The notes below the pieces were generated by a model, which worked only from the letters and a program-made list of their open reading frames with translations, was not told the origin of the DNA and made no database searches. A program made the translations under genes and the position numbers. Source: a virus. From it: a stretch of 64,000 nt of DNA. Where the stretch lies: positions 19,526 through 83,525 of the IMG/VR virus record IMGVR_UViG_3300021962_007571; one strand, given 5' to 3'. Shown here in pieces: positions 50,134 to 59,817 of the stretch (position 1 is the stretch's first letter; each line of letters opens with the position of its first letter).

Positions 50134-51972
50134 TCAACTATTTAGAAGTTTATCCAAAGCAACTCCCATTTCTCCTAAAGAGTTTCTTCCTTTAGATAAA
50201 TCTATCACTTCTTCCTCAGTTAAAAAGTCATCACTTTCAAGAAGAATGTTAAGATTTTCTCTCTTAGATTCAGGTGTAATTCCAGCTGGTTCACCACCTA
50301 TTGGTTCTTCAGTTGTTGGTGGTTCTTCTCCTCCTCCGATATCACTCATACCACCTAATGAAGATGGTGATTCACCACCTGTGTCCCCACCAGTTTCTGA
50401 ACTTTGTGTTGTTCCTGTAGTACCACCACCGTACAATTTATCTACCGTATCAAATATACCCGTTTTAACGATAACTGTTGGTGTATCTGTCAATTCTTTA
50501 CCAACTGCTCTTTCAAGTCTTTGTTGTTGTAAATCAAGTCTAATTTCCTCGTCAGAGAAACCAAGTACGTGTTTCTTAGCCCAAGATACTGATACAGGTG
50601 CAATACCTTCGATAGCGGTAACTGCGTCCTTGTATAATAATATTTTTTCTTTCCAAACATCAACCTTTAATAAATCCGCTTGTGTAGATGGATTAGTTAA
50701 TGTTAATGTAAAGTTTGATAACTCATCTTCAAATCCTAATAAGAATAAATGTATAATTGCAACTTTGTTCAATTCTTGCAACATACTTTTTTGTATTCTA
50801 TTGATAGTTCTTGCGAAACGAATATCTAATAATGATAAATTTTTACCGTCCCCTACAGATTCCTCAAACCCTAAGTAAGCTTTAGGTATTCTTAATGCGG
50901 TAACTAATTTTTTCTGAATATATTCGATATCCGCAATTTCTGAAAGGTTTTGAGCTCCAGGTAATGTTGTGATTGGGTCTGGCGCCGCCATATCACGAAC
51001 AGGAATAAAGTAATCTTGGTCAACCGCCATTTGATTAAATCTCATATCGACATTACCAGTTTTACTGTCTACAACTTGGTCTCTTTTAAATTTATTGGCA
51101 ACACGTTGTACATATGGTTCAACATCCTTATCATCCATATTACCGACGAAGACCTTGAAGATTCTTCTCTCAGGTGCACGTGATGTACGATAAATTAACA
51201 TCGCATCTTCAGATAATAAAAGTTGTTTCCAAATACGTCTTGCTTTTTCTAACATAGAGGTACCGTAAGGAAGTTTTCTATCGTCACCTAACAACCTAAA
51301 ATGGGCAATCTCCCAAGTGTTAAATTCCATATCCCTATTCTTCCAACTAAATCTTAAGGCTTTTTGTTCAGATTCATTATTGTCTAAATTAGATTTACCT
51401 TTCATTCCTCTTTCAACCCTTTCAATTTCAATGTTTGGTAATTGCATACAACCAACAACACCTTTTTCAGGGTCTAATTTTAAGTAAACAAAATTATCAC
51501 CATATTTGCAAGTGTTTCTTGTCCACATCGCTAAATTGGTATTGATATCTAAATTATTATTAAATAAATCTGTTAATACAGATTTAATTCTTTTTGATTC
51601 TGAATAGATTTGTAATATGTAACCGTTTTGGTCTGCCGTTGTTGATTCTTCAGCATATATGTCTAAAGCTGCCGATATTTCAGGGGTATATTCCATAGAT
51701 TCATAATCATAGTATGATGCCAATCTTGTTGGTTCAAAGTAAACCCCCTGTGTGTATAAATTATTCTCAATCTTAGTCCATTGGTTTGCTAAATAAACGG
51801 TTTGTTGTGCCTGTAATTTAGCCTTTTCGTATTCCTGTTGACTTGTAGTCTTAAGTAATTCTTTCTTATCATATCTAAAAGTTGGGTAGTCCTGATTCAA
51901 TAATGAATTGGGACCAAAGGTCTGTGATAACCTTTGCCAAACCGTTAAATTGTTATTTTTATTATTTTCCAT
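50134..51972 (-). CDS. gp20: Portal protein (T4 gp20-like)
   Basis: PEI..ALD, EDAMLIYR.SRAPERR.F, DYF.P.R, I.TLPG..NL..I.DI.Y..KL..AL.IP. Confidence 0.93.
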   Translation of the reverse strand: MENNKNNNLTVWQRLSQTFGPNSLLNQDYPTFRYDKKELLKTTSQQEYEKAKLQAQQTVYLANQWTKIENNLYTQGVYFEPTRLASYYDYESMEYTPEISAALDIYAEESTTADQNGYILQIYSESKRIKSVLTDLFNNNLDINTNLAMWTRNTCKYGDNFVYLKLDPEKGVVGCMQLPNIEIERVERGMKGKSNLDNNESEQKALRFSWKNRDMEFNTWEIAHFRLLGDDRKLPYGTSMLEKARRIWKQLLLSEDAMLIYRTSRAPERRIFKVFVGNMDDKDVEPYVQRVANKFKRDQVVDSKTGNVDMRFNQMAVDQDYFIPVRDMAAPDPITTLPGAQNLSEIADIEYIQKKLVTALRIPKAYLGFEESVGDGKNLSLLDIRFARTINRIQKSMLQELNKVAIIHLFLLGFEDELSNFTLTLTNPSTQADLLKVDVWKEKILLYKDAVTAIEGIAPVSVSWAKKHVLGFSDEEIRLDLQQQRLERAVGKELTDTPTVIVKTGIFDTVDKLYGGGTTGTTQSSETGGDTGGESPSSLGGMSDIGGGEEPPTTEEPIGGEPAGITPESKRENLNILLESDDFLTEEEVIDLSKGRNSLGEMGVALDKLLNS

Positions 51973-52008
51973 ATTTTAAATTTAATCAATCAAAAAAAAT
52001 TATAAAGG

Positions 52009-53778
52009 TTATCTTCGAGAACCTCCGAACAACCATAAATATTTTTGATAATCATTTTTAGTCGCCTCATTATTATAATTATGATGATTTGGCATTCCAG
52101 CTGGAATTACAGGGTTGAATGCAATATTTCTACTTGCTTCTTCGTTATTATTAACAGTCCAAGAACTTAACATTGCTTTAGTTTGTTCAGTTACTTTTGT
52201 TAATTGACTAAACGAATTTTCACCGACATATGTTGCCATAGCAATGGCCATAATTAAATCATCGTGATGTCCTTTTTGGTGGTCAGGTCTACCATTAATG
52301 TAAATAAATGTATTCATCTCGTTAAAGAGTCTATTACTATAGATTCTAAACCCGTGTCTCATACACTCTTCAAATGAAGATATAATTTGAACTCTTTTAT
52401 TGTTAAAGTTTATACCAGGGATTTTATCTAAAGCTTTAGGGTCATACTTCCATTTATTCCCCATTTCAACACCATCAATATATAAGTTTTTGTAACCCAT
52501 TTCTTGTAATTTTCTTGCGGTAGAAACACCCATACCACCAGTGATATCAATTACAATAAAAGCATTATACATCATCGCCCATTTATACGCAATTTCCGCA
52601 GCGACATCAGGTGGTATTTTCCCTATATATTCTAGTACTTGTTCTCGTTCGTCAAAATCAATAATAATCATAGATGTGAAATCCTCAGAGTCACCTCTTG
52701 ATACGTCGACACCCATAATGTATTTATGACCCTGTATTGGCTCTTTCCATATCCATAAAGCACCCCCCATCATTTTATTGATGGGTTCCCTCAACATATT
52801 GTGATGTATGTCTTGTAATTGTTTAGAATCAAATACATTATCACCTGAACCTAAAAAGTTACATTCTAACTCCTGAGATACTTTACGTTTATCGTATTTA
52901 AGTTTTTTAACCATACCCTCAAACCAAGACGAAGTTGGTTTAAATCCCGCCGCCATTTTTTCTTTAATTTCATCAAAGTCTCTTTGTCTTGGGTCTATAC
53001 TAGAGTAATCAATCATCTCCACGTTAGAATAGTCTTCTCGATTTAAAAAATAATGTATTAAATCCTCAACTTTTAATAATTGGAAATCTTTAGTATATCT
53101 TGGGTCTTTAAACCAATACATTTCAGATATTTTAAATTCATTCATACCTCTTAACGCTTGGTCGTATATTTCATAATAAATTGGGTCATACCCGTTTGGA
53201 GTTGACACAACGATAACTTTACCCCCTGTAGATAGGGACGCCATACAAGCAGCCCAAAAGTCACTGTCCGCTTCAATATATGCGGCCTCATCAAATACAA
53301 GAATTGTAGGAGTATAACCCCTTAAGGCATCTCGTGATGTTGCAACGGCTTTAACTTCACATCCGTTAGTTAATTTATAATGTCTTTGTGAATTTTTTTC
53401 TGATGAAAACCCTACTCCTGTCCAGTTAGGCCACTGTTCAGTAAACCCTCGAATTTTATTCGCCATCTCAACCGCAGTATCTAATTTATTGGCAATTATT
53501 AGAATTTTTTCAGGTTTTTTCTTAGACGCAAAAACTAACTTCTTTGATGCCCAAGCGGCGGTTACTGTAGATACACCCGCTTGTCGGTATTTTAATGCAA
53601 TGTTTTCGTTATAATTTTCGTAATCCTCAAGTAGAGATACTTGGTCTGGAAATAGTTCTAATGGAACATACTGAGATACAGTATTATCGTAGGTTTGTAA
53701 ATAAGTTTTAAGTGCGTAAGGAGTATTCTTTACGCACTTAGTGTATTCTAATATTAATTGTTCTTTTGTAAATGACAT
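52009..53778 (-). CDS. terL: Terminase large subunit (T4 gp17-like)
   Basis: K.RQ.G.ST, FDEAA, STPNG, QE.EC.F, GVDVSRG, HDDL.MA. Confidence 0.95.
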   Translation of the reverse strand: MSFTKEQLILEYTKCVKNTPYALKTYLQTYDNTVSQYVPLELFPDQVSLLEDYENYNENIALKYRQAGVSTVTAAWASKKLVFASKKKPEKILIIANKLDTAVEMANKIRGFTEQWPNWTGVGFSSEKNSQRHYKLTNGCEVKAVATSRDALRGYTPTILVFDEAAYIEADSDFWAACMASLSTGGKVIVVSTPNGYDPIYYEIYDQALRGMNEFKISEMYWFKDPRYTKDFQLLKVEDLIHYFLNREDYSNVEMIDYSSIDPRQRDFDEIKEKMAAGFKPTSSWFEGMVKKLKYDKRKVSQELECNFLGSGDNVFDSKQLQDIHHNMLREPINKMMGGALWIWKEPIQGHKYIMGVDVSRGDSEDFTSMIIIDFDEREQVLEYIGKIPPDVAAEIAYKWAMMYNAFIVIDITGGMGVSTARKLQEMGYKNLYIDGVEMGNKWKYDPKALDKIPGINFNNKRVQIISSFEECMRHGFRIYSNRLFNEMNTFIYINGRPDHQKGHHDDLIMAIAMATYVGENSFSQLTKVTEQTKAMLSSWTVNNNEEASRNIAFNPVIPAGMPNHHNYNNEATKNDYQKYLWLFGGSRR

Positions 53779-53781
53779 ACA

Positions 53782-55056
53782 TTACTTAGGTCTTGAGATA
53801 CCCAAGCCACCTAAGAAGTCGTCAAGTCCGTCATCATCATCGTCATCGTCATCATCACCGTAACTACCTAAAGAATCTTCTAAGTCTCGTTTCTTTAAAT
53901 CAGATACTATGTCGTTAACCATATCTTTAATGAATTTTTGACCTTCAGGACTACCCGATAATATTTTTTTAGCAACGTTAAAAAACTCTTCGGTTTCTAA
54001 CGCTGAAAATCTTGCAAATAGATAGTGTTGGATATGTTTTTTATCGTCATCAAATAACTCTATAGGATATGCTTGTAAAAATTTCTCCCAAATAACAGGT
54101 CCTAATCTTAAGTCCCAAATTTCATTAGGTAGGGTATCTGTACTACCCATAATCATTTGTTGTGATTTAGGGTCATCAGGTAAACCGTGAGTACCAAAAA
54201 CTTCCATAACACCTTTAATTAATTCGTGAAGTAATACTGGAAAAAATACACCTCTTGCTTTAATTGTAGGTGGGTCTGTTTGGTCATCAATTTCTTCTTT
54301 ACCCGCCATACTTTGTTCGTTACCCGCCATCATCATAACCGACTCATCTGGCATCAACCAATAGATTAAGTCATTAATTGACATTAACGTACCATATAAA
54401 CTTACTAAATCAGGATTTATTTTATTTAAAGATTCTCTACTTAATTCAAACATATAATGTCCTTTTTTAGATGAACCTTGTATTAACGCATTAATAAATC
54501 TACGTTTAGCCTTTTCTCTATCAAATTTTTCCATTGCAGACATAAAGTCCTCAAGGTCTTGTTCCGCTTGTTGACCAAATTGAGCTTCAATTTCTTCTTC
54601 TTCAGGTTCTTCACCTTGTTTCTGAAATCTACTTTGGTCAATACCACCCATAGGTACTAATTTAGCATCAAATTGAAATTGGTCAGTAATCCCCATTTCA
54701 TCTTTAACTAACTTTACCGCCAATTTTTCTAAATAATCTTTGTTTTGAGATTCAATCTGTAATACTTTTTGTACCGCACCCATTAACGCTCTTTGTAATT
54801 GCATAAAAGCGTTTTGGCCAGTAATCTCTTGCATTCCTGTATACCTCTTAACTTTCTCAACAACATCTTTAAATCTTTTAGATGCCACTAATTCTTCAAA
54901 ATTATCGGGAGTACCATCTTTATCCACATCAGGAAAAGCAGGGTTCTTAGATAATGTTGTTTGTTGTAATTTAAGCTTTCTCTCTAAATCAGGATTCATT
55001 CTTTCAGACCCTGAATATTCAATTGCTTCTTTAGTATCTTTTTTTAATTTTGCCAT
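53782..55056 (-). CDS. Conserved hypothetical head-module protein
   Basis: 424 aa, KRRFINALIQG, FP.L.HELIKG; acidic tail. Confidence 0.6.
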   Translation of the reverse strand: MAKLKKDTKEAIEYSGSERMNPDLERKLKLQQTTLSKNPAFPDVDKDGTPDNFEELVASKRFKDVVEKVKRYTGMQEITGQNAFMQLQRALMGAVQKVLQIESQNKDYLEKLAVKLVKDEMGITDQFQFDAKLVPMGGIDQSRFQKQGEEPEEEEIEAQFGQQAEQDLEDFMSAMEKFDREKAKRRFINALIQGSSKKGHYMFELSRESLNKINPDLVSLYGTLMSINDLIYWLMPDESVMMMAGNEQSMAGKEEIDDQTDPPTIKARGVFFPVLLHELIKGVMEVFGTHGLPDDPKSQQMIMGSTDTLPNEIWDLRLGPVIWEKFLQAYPIELFDDDKKHIQHYLFARFSALETEEFFNVAKKILSGSPEGQKFIKDMVNDIVSDLKKRDLEDSLGSYGDDDDDDDDDGLDDFLGGLGISRPK

Positions 55057-55967
55057 TATTTCTTAAATTTAATTCCTAGTGAGTCGAATGACATCCAACT
55101 TGGCATAGATTTCTTAGCCTTTGGTGCTGGTGATGTTTTTGGTTTATAAGGACTATCCTTATCTGGTTTTGGTGGTGTTTTAGTACCAGGTTTTGTTGTT
55201 GGTGCAGGTTTAGATGGTGCCGTTTGTTCCTTAGTTTCTTTTTTAGCTTTAGGTGCTGGTGAAGTCTTAGGTTTGTACGGACTGTCTTTATCAGGTTTTG
55301 AAGGTGTCTTAACAGGTGTCTTAACAGGAGCCTCTTTAGTATCCTCACTTACTTTACCCATAGACATTATTTTACCAATTGGTAAACTCATTTTTTTCTC
55401 TTCAACCATATTAATTAAATCTCCTTTTTTCATTCTTGGTTTGATATGTTTTTCAACCAAAGATAAGATTTTATTTTCTAAAATCACATCAAAAGGTAAT
55501 TTATTTTCATTCATTGATTTTTTAATAGCTTGAACACATCTTTCAAACTTAGGAGTTTTCTTAGGCCCTAATTGACTATGACAAATAGCCCAAGGATTTG
55601 GTTCAAATTCTTTTTTAGATTTCTTCTTTTTGTTTTCTGTCATTTCACCCTCATTTTGAGTAGCGTAAATATTACCTGAAGAATCTTGTTTAATTGAAAC
55701 TCCATCTACGACCGCTCCTGTTGTTTTTGCCGCGGATGCTGGAATTTTAGTTGTTTTTACTTGTTTAGTAGTTTGAGTTACTTGTTCCTTAGTTTCTTTC
55801 TTTGAATGGTTACATTTACAGTTTTCCATTCCACACTTAGGACAAGTTTCTTTTTTACCCTCAACTAAATTTTTGTGTAACTTATCAATCTCTGACTCAC
55901 TTAAAGTCATTAACGTTCTTTGGCTAAGACCAAATTTAACTAGATTCGCATATTTGTTAGTTTTCAT
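55056..55967 (-). CDS. Lys/Pro-rich hypothetical protein with a duplicated KPDKDSPYKPKTSPAPKAKK
   Basis: Translation. Confidence 0.6.
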   Translation of the reverse strand: MKTNKYANLVKFGLSQRTLMTLSESEIDKLHKNLVEGKKETCPKCGMENCKCNHSKKETKEQVTQTTKQVKTTKIPASAAKTTGAVVDGVSIKQDSSGNIYATQNEGEMTENKKKKSKKEFEPNPWAICHSQLGPKKTPKFERCVQAIKKSMNENKLPFDVILENKILSLVEKHIKPRMKKGDLINMVEEKKMSLPIGKIMSMGKVSEDTKEAPVKTPVKTPSKPDKDSPYKPKTSPAPKAKKETKEQTAPSKPAPTTKPGTKTPPKPDKDSPYKPKTSPAPKAKKSMPSWMSFDSLGIKFKK

Positions 55968-56367
55968 ATACTACTTTTTTTTCAAATTCAAGAACGATAT
56001 CTCGTTCATATAATTTATCTTTAATTTCTTGTTCTGATTCACCAAATCTAAAAACAAGTCTTTTAGTTGTGGTAAAATCAATGTCTTCGTTTTCTTTCTC
56101 CCAGGCCAATGAAACAACATCGTCCATAGAATCCATAAAACTAAAAAAATCGGAGTTCTGAATTAGCTCAAATTCTAACGAGGTATTTTTCAGTACTCCA
56201 ACTTTCTTTATAAATTCAAGTTCAGGTGGTTTTGGGTAACCGTTAGATGGTTTTGAGTCCCAAGATTCTCCCCAAACGTTTTTAATATCGTCAGAAAAAA
56301 TAAATTCATACATATTATCACCTTTATAATTAGGACCTAATCCATTTACATAAACTAAGTGAATCAT
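55957..56367 (-). CDS. Hypothetical protein
   Basis: Overlapping operon arrangement. Confidence 0.55.
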   Translation of the reverse strand: MIHLVYVNGLGPNYKGDNMYEFIFSDDIKNVWGESWDSKPSNGYPKPPELEFIKKVGVLKNTSLEFELIQNSDFFSFMDSMDDVVSLAWEKENEDIDFTTTKRLVFRFGESEQEIKDKLYERDIVLEFEKKVVYEN

Positions 56368-57716
56368 AAAATTTGACCTTTAGGTGTGATTTTATATTGT
56401 CTGTTGTTTATTTCAAAAACTAAATTTTTCTTATTAGTTTTACCTACTAAAGTTGCTGATTTTTTTTCTTGTAAAAATTTTCTTGAAGCAATTTCTTGTT
56501 CAATATTCTCAGACAATCTTTTTATTTCACTATTACGTTTACTGATTCTTTCTTTATGTTCTTTGATTCTTTGTTTCGATAAATCATCATTATATTTTTT
56601 TTCAGATTCGTTAACGTTAAAATACTTCATAAGAACATTCTCAATCTTAGCTTCCATAAAGATAGAGTCAGCAATTTTACCTACGTGGTTAAATTCATCT
56701 TCTTCTTCACTAAACTGACCTGGTGTCATACCTTTCATAAGTGTTTTATCAGCGATGTCTTGAGCTAAGTCACTCCAAGTTTCACCAATTTCACCAAATC
56801 CAATTGGTTCTTCATCTTCAACCTCATCTGCAGGGATTTCCTCTTCTTCACTTCCAAATTCTTCTTCATCACTGAATTCATCAGAATCCATTTCCTCGTC
56901 CGCTTCAATACCTTCAAATTTATTAAGAATATCTTCTCTATCATCCTCATCAAGATTGTTTAAATCTAACGCAGAAATAATTGAATTAATAACATACTTA
57001 ATATCTTTTGAAGACATTTGATTTTCTTCATCAGAATTAAGAGCTCTTAATTTTTGACCTAATTTACCTGTAAGTTTTTGGATTAATTTAAAAGTAACCA
57101 CTTCATCTTTATCGTCATCTCCAATTGGTTCTGTGGTACCTTCTTCTCCGCCTTCCATATCCATATCATCCATTGGTGGTTCTGGCATATCCATATCATC
57201 CATTGGTGGTGGTGGAACATCTCCTCCTTCTGCAGGTGGTGGTGGAGGTGGTAATGTTGCCGCAGGTGCTGCTGGTGCAGGTGGCGCGGGTACATTTTCT
57301 ACGTCTTCGGTAGGGTTAGTATTTTTTTTTTCAGCGTTTGGTGTTTTCAAAACGAATTTCTTTTGTTCAGAAAACAATGAAATACCTTCTTTGTTGTCGT
57401 GTAAATCATTCATCTCTTTAGCCATTAAGTTTAATCTTTTTAAAGCTTGAGAATATGAATTAAAGTATTTTCTATCTTGAATAGGTGCAATATATCCTGT
57501 TTCAGATTCAGAAATGGTTTGTTTTATAATGTAACCTGATTTCTCTCTTACTATTTGATATTCATTTCCGTTAGCAAGTGTTAAACTATACTCACCTTTG
57601 GACGTTTCATTAATTGATGAAGGAACGTTTTCTCTGAATTTAGATAATTCAATTATTCTTTGAATCTTATCCATTCCTTGAAGTTTTTCACTTCCTAGTG
57701 GTTTTAAATCTCCCAT
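56364..57716 (-). CDS. Acidic, Pro-rich hypothetical protein (probable prohead core component)
   Basis: Poly-P, D/E-rich linkers, many INE/ISE/LSE motifs. Confidence 0.6.
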   Translation of the reverse strand: MGDLKPLGSEKLQGMDKIQRIIELSKFRENVPSSINETSKGEYSLTLANGNEYQIVREKSGYIIKQTISESETGYIAPIQDRKYFNSYSQALKRLNLMAKEMNDLHDNKEGISLFSEQKKFVLKTPNAEKKNTNPTEDVENVPAPPAPAAPAATLPPPPPPAEGGDVPPPPMDDMDMPEPPMDDMDMEGGEEGTTEPIGDDDKDEVVTFKLIQKLTGKLGQKLRALNSDEENQMSSKDIKYVINSIISALDLNNLDEDDREDILNKFEGIEADEEMDSDEFSDEEEFGSEEEEIPADEVEDEEPIGFGEIGETWSDLAQDIADKTLMKGMTPGQFSEEEDEFNHVGKIADSIFMEAKIENVLMKYFNVNESEKKYNDDLSKQRIKEHKERISKRNSEIKRLSENIEQEIASRKFLQEKKSATLVGKTNKKNLVFEINNRQYKITPKGQIL

Positions 57717-57823
57717 TGTATTGTTAATTTAATTTTTTTCTTATTTATTAGTCTCACTTAAGTTAGGGGTATTGACTATAATATTTTTTTCTTTATAAAT
57801 ATATCAATATACCTATTATTTCA

Positions 57824-58579
57824 TTAGTCGTTTATCTTATTTTCCATAGATAAACGTTTATTTAGTAATTCATTTTCAAAATCAAACAATTTTTCAATAT
57901 AACCATTTCGTCTAAGAACTTTAAAAACTAAGTTTTCTGTTGAGTATTCCCCTCCTCTATCTAATCCACATTGTCTAAATTTTTTAATCTTGTCTTTATA
58001 TTTACGAACCATTTTTTTTGCATCATCTATATCTTCATCTGATGCGTTTTCAATTACGTCATCAATTGTTTTCATCCACATATTAGATTTTTGTGTAATT
58101 TCTTCTTTATTAATTTCCACGTTTTCTTTTTTTGGTTTATTTAACCACTCATCAAACAATATAGAGTATACACCAGCACTTTTATGTCTAGGTTCATCCT
58201 CATCTTGAGCATACAATTCAACATCATAATTTTTTATTTTAATGTTAAATCTTGTATTAAATAACATTTTTTTTAAATTAAATAATTTTTCGTATAACTC
58301 TTTGGTACCTTTAGGAAATTGTTTATAATCTACTAATAAGTGTAAGTCAAAATCTGAATATTTAGACCAATTATAGTTAGTTAACGAACCTGTTAAAATA
58401 ATATCGCTAACAAATAAGGGGACATCTAAAAATTCTATGAATTGGTAAGCAATTTCTAAAAGTTGTTCTCTTATCTCAGGTTTTATTGTTTCATCACCTT
58501 TTTCAGATAAAATCCAAATCGCAGGATTTAGTTCATCCTGTAATAAAAAACTTTTTAAAATATTTTGATTAGACTCCAT
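57824..58579 (-). CDS. Pol-beta-superfamily nucleotidyltransferase
   Basis: LTGS...YNW...SDFDLH...VELY. Confidence 0.75.
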   Translation of the reverse strand: MESNQNILKSFLLQDELNPAIWILSEKGDETIKPEIREQLLEIAYQFIEFLDVPLFVSDIILTGSLTNYNWSKYSDFDLHLLVDYKQFPKGTKELYEKLFNLKKMLFNTRFNIKIKNYDVELYAQDEDEPRHKSAGVYSILFDEWLNKPKKENVEINKEEITQKSNMWMKTIDDVIENASDEDIDDAKKMVRKYKDKIKKFRQCGLDRGGEYSTENLVFKVLRRNGYIEKLFDFENELLNKRLSMENKIND

Positions 58580-58608
58580 AACAATAAATACCTAAAAATT
58601 TAACTTTG

Positions 58609-58851
58609 TTAAACCTTTTTGTATTTATGCGTTTTTGAAATGTTTGAATTGAAAAACTTACCTTGTGATTCTGCCATTCTAAATTGGGTGTAAGTTTTGT
58701 GTTGAACGTCTTCGTATTCGTATCTTGTTCCGTTTTTAAATTCTACGACTAACTTACTTGTCTCTGTGTCGTATTCGGCTCTTACTAAATTACTTGAGTC
58801 TATCTCGTTAATAATTTTAGTACCTTCAATAATTTCTCTTTTAATTGACAT
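58609..58851 (-). CDS. KTSC-domain protein
   Basis: SSN....YD....L.VEF.NG..YEY..V......F..AESQGKFFN..I. Confidence 0.9.
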   Translation of the reverse strand: MSIKREIIEGTKIINEIDSSNLVRAEYDTETSKLVVEFKNGTRYEYEDVQHKTYTQFRMAESQGKFFNSNISKTHKYKKV

Positions 58852-58857
58852 AATGTA

Positions 58858-59154
58858 TTAATTAGGATTGTTTAATGGAGTTTCATCATCAATTTGCTTC
58901 ATCTCTCTCTTAAGATAATCTACAAACTCGTTATGGTCAATATCAAAATACATTCTAATCTCATTAAATAATCTATTATGTTCTTGACTAAATTGTTGAT
59001 AATAAGCCATTATATCATTTGGATAATATGGCGGTTTTTCTAAATCCTCCTCTGACCATCCTTCTCTTTTGAAACAATCTCTGAGTTTACGGTATATAGA
59101 TTGTAATTCTTTATCCGCATTTAGTTGTTTAATATATTTTTCAAAAGGTCTCAT
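58858..59154 (-). CDS. Hypothetical protein
   Basis: ORF with late motif 4 nt upstream. Confidence 0.55.
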   Translation of the reverse strand: MRPFEKYIKQLNADKELQSIYRKLRDCFKREGWSEEDLEKPPYYPNDIMAYYQQFSQEHNRLFNEIRMYFDIDHNEFVDYLKREMKQIDDETPLNNPN

Positions 59155-59175
59155 ACTGATAAATATATTAAAAAC

Positions 59176-59202
59176 AAAAAACCCCCAATCGAGGGGGGTT
59201 TT
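59176..59202 (-). terminator. Intrinsic terminator
   Basis: AAAAAACCCCC-aatcgag-GGGGGTTTT. Confidence 0.75.
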
Positions 59203-59205
59203 AAT

Positions 59206-59613
59206 TTAAGACCTTAGTTTTTTTAATTCGTCTCTAATTTCGATTGCTTTTTCAAAATTTTGTTCATCAATCATTTTCTTAAGTTCTAATTCTAATTTCT
59301 CAAGTTTTTCTTGATTTTTTTCAAAACTTTTAATCTGGTCTCTTAATTTAACTGCCGACTCAAAATCCTCATTCTCGATTGCAACTTCTAATTGTTTTTT
59401 CAATTTTGTTAAACCGTTCTTTTCATTTGATTCAGGTTTAAACTTTTTACTAAAAGTTGTAATTTTAAGTGAGCCGTCTTCACTTTCATAAACCTGTTTA
59501 TCCCAATTATTTAAATCTAAATTAGATTTCCAACTTGAATTAAATTTATTGTCAAATTGGGACATCATTTTGTCGAAGTCTCTAAAAAAGTCATTAAAAT
59601 CTCTTCCAAACAT
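59206..59613 (-). CDS. Tandem UVR (UvrB/C motif) protein, candidate ClpC adaptor
   Basis: L..AIENEDFESAVKLRDQI and L...IDEQNFEKAIEIRDEL. Confidence 0.8.
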   Translation of the reverse strand: MFGRDFNDFFRDFDKMMSQFDNKFNSSWKSNLDLNNWDKQVYESEDGSLKITTFSKKFKPESNEKNGLTKLKKQLEVAIENEDFESAVKLRDQIKSFEKNQEKLEKLELELKKMIDEQNFEKAIEIRDELKKLRS

Positions 59614-59719
59614 AATTTTTTAATTTTTTAGTTTAATTTATTTTTTATTTTCAATATTTCTATCTAAATTTGTTCCATAATAACAATAAGAGAAAAATTG
59701 TCACAAGTCAAATACCTTA

Positions 59720-59765
59720 TATGACTTTTTGTCATACATAAATATTTTGATATGACAATTTGTCA
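59720..59765. promoter_or_regulatory. Two TGAC-N5-GTCA palindromes (candidate operators) in the divergent UVR/clpC region
   Basis: TATGACTTTTTGTCATA 59720-36 and TGACAATTTGTCA 59753-65. Confidence 0.6.
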
Positions 59766-59768
59766 AAT

Positions 59769-59800
59769 GTTGAATTTTTAGAATAATTTTAGTATCTTTG
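59769..59800 (+). promoter_or_regulatory. Bacteroidota-type promoter of clpC
   Basis: GTTG-N20-TATCTTTG. Confidence 0.65.
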
Positions 59801-59817
59801 TATAAAATAACGAATAT

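Noticed and set aside
50096-50878. 260-aa antisense ORF and similar shadow ORFs (e.g. 33266-33880, 47004-47507, 17777-18163, 59778-60227)
   Set aside because: They lie opposite well-supported genes and have low-complexity mirror translations
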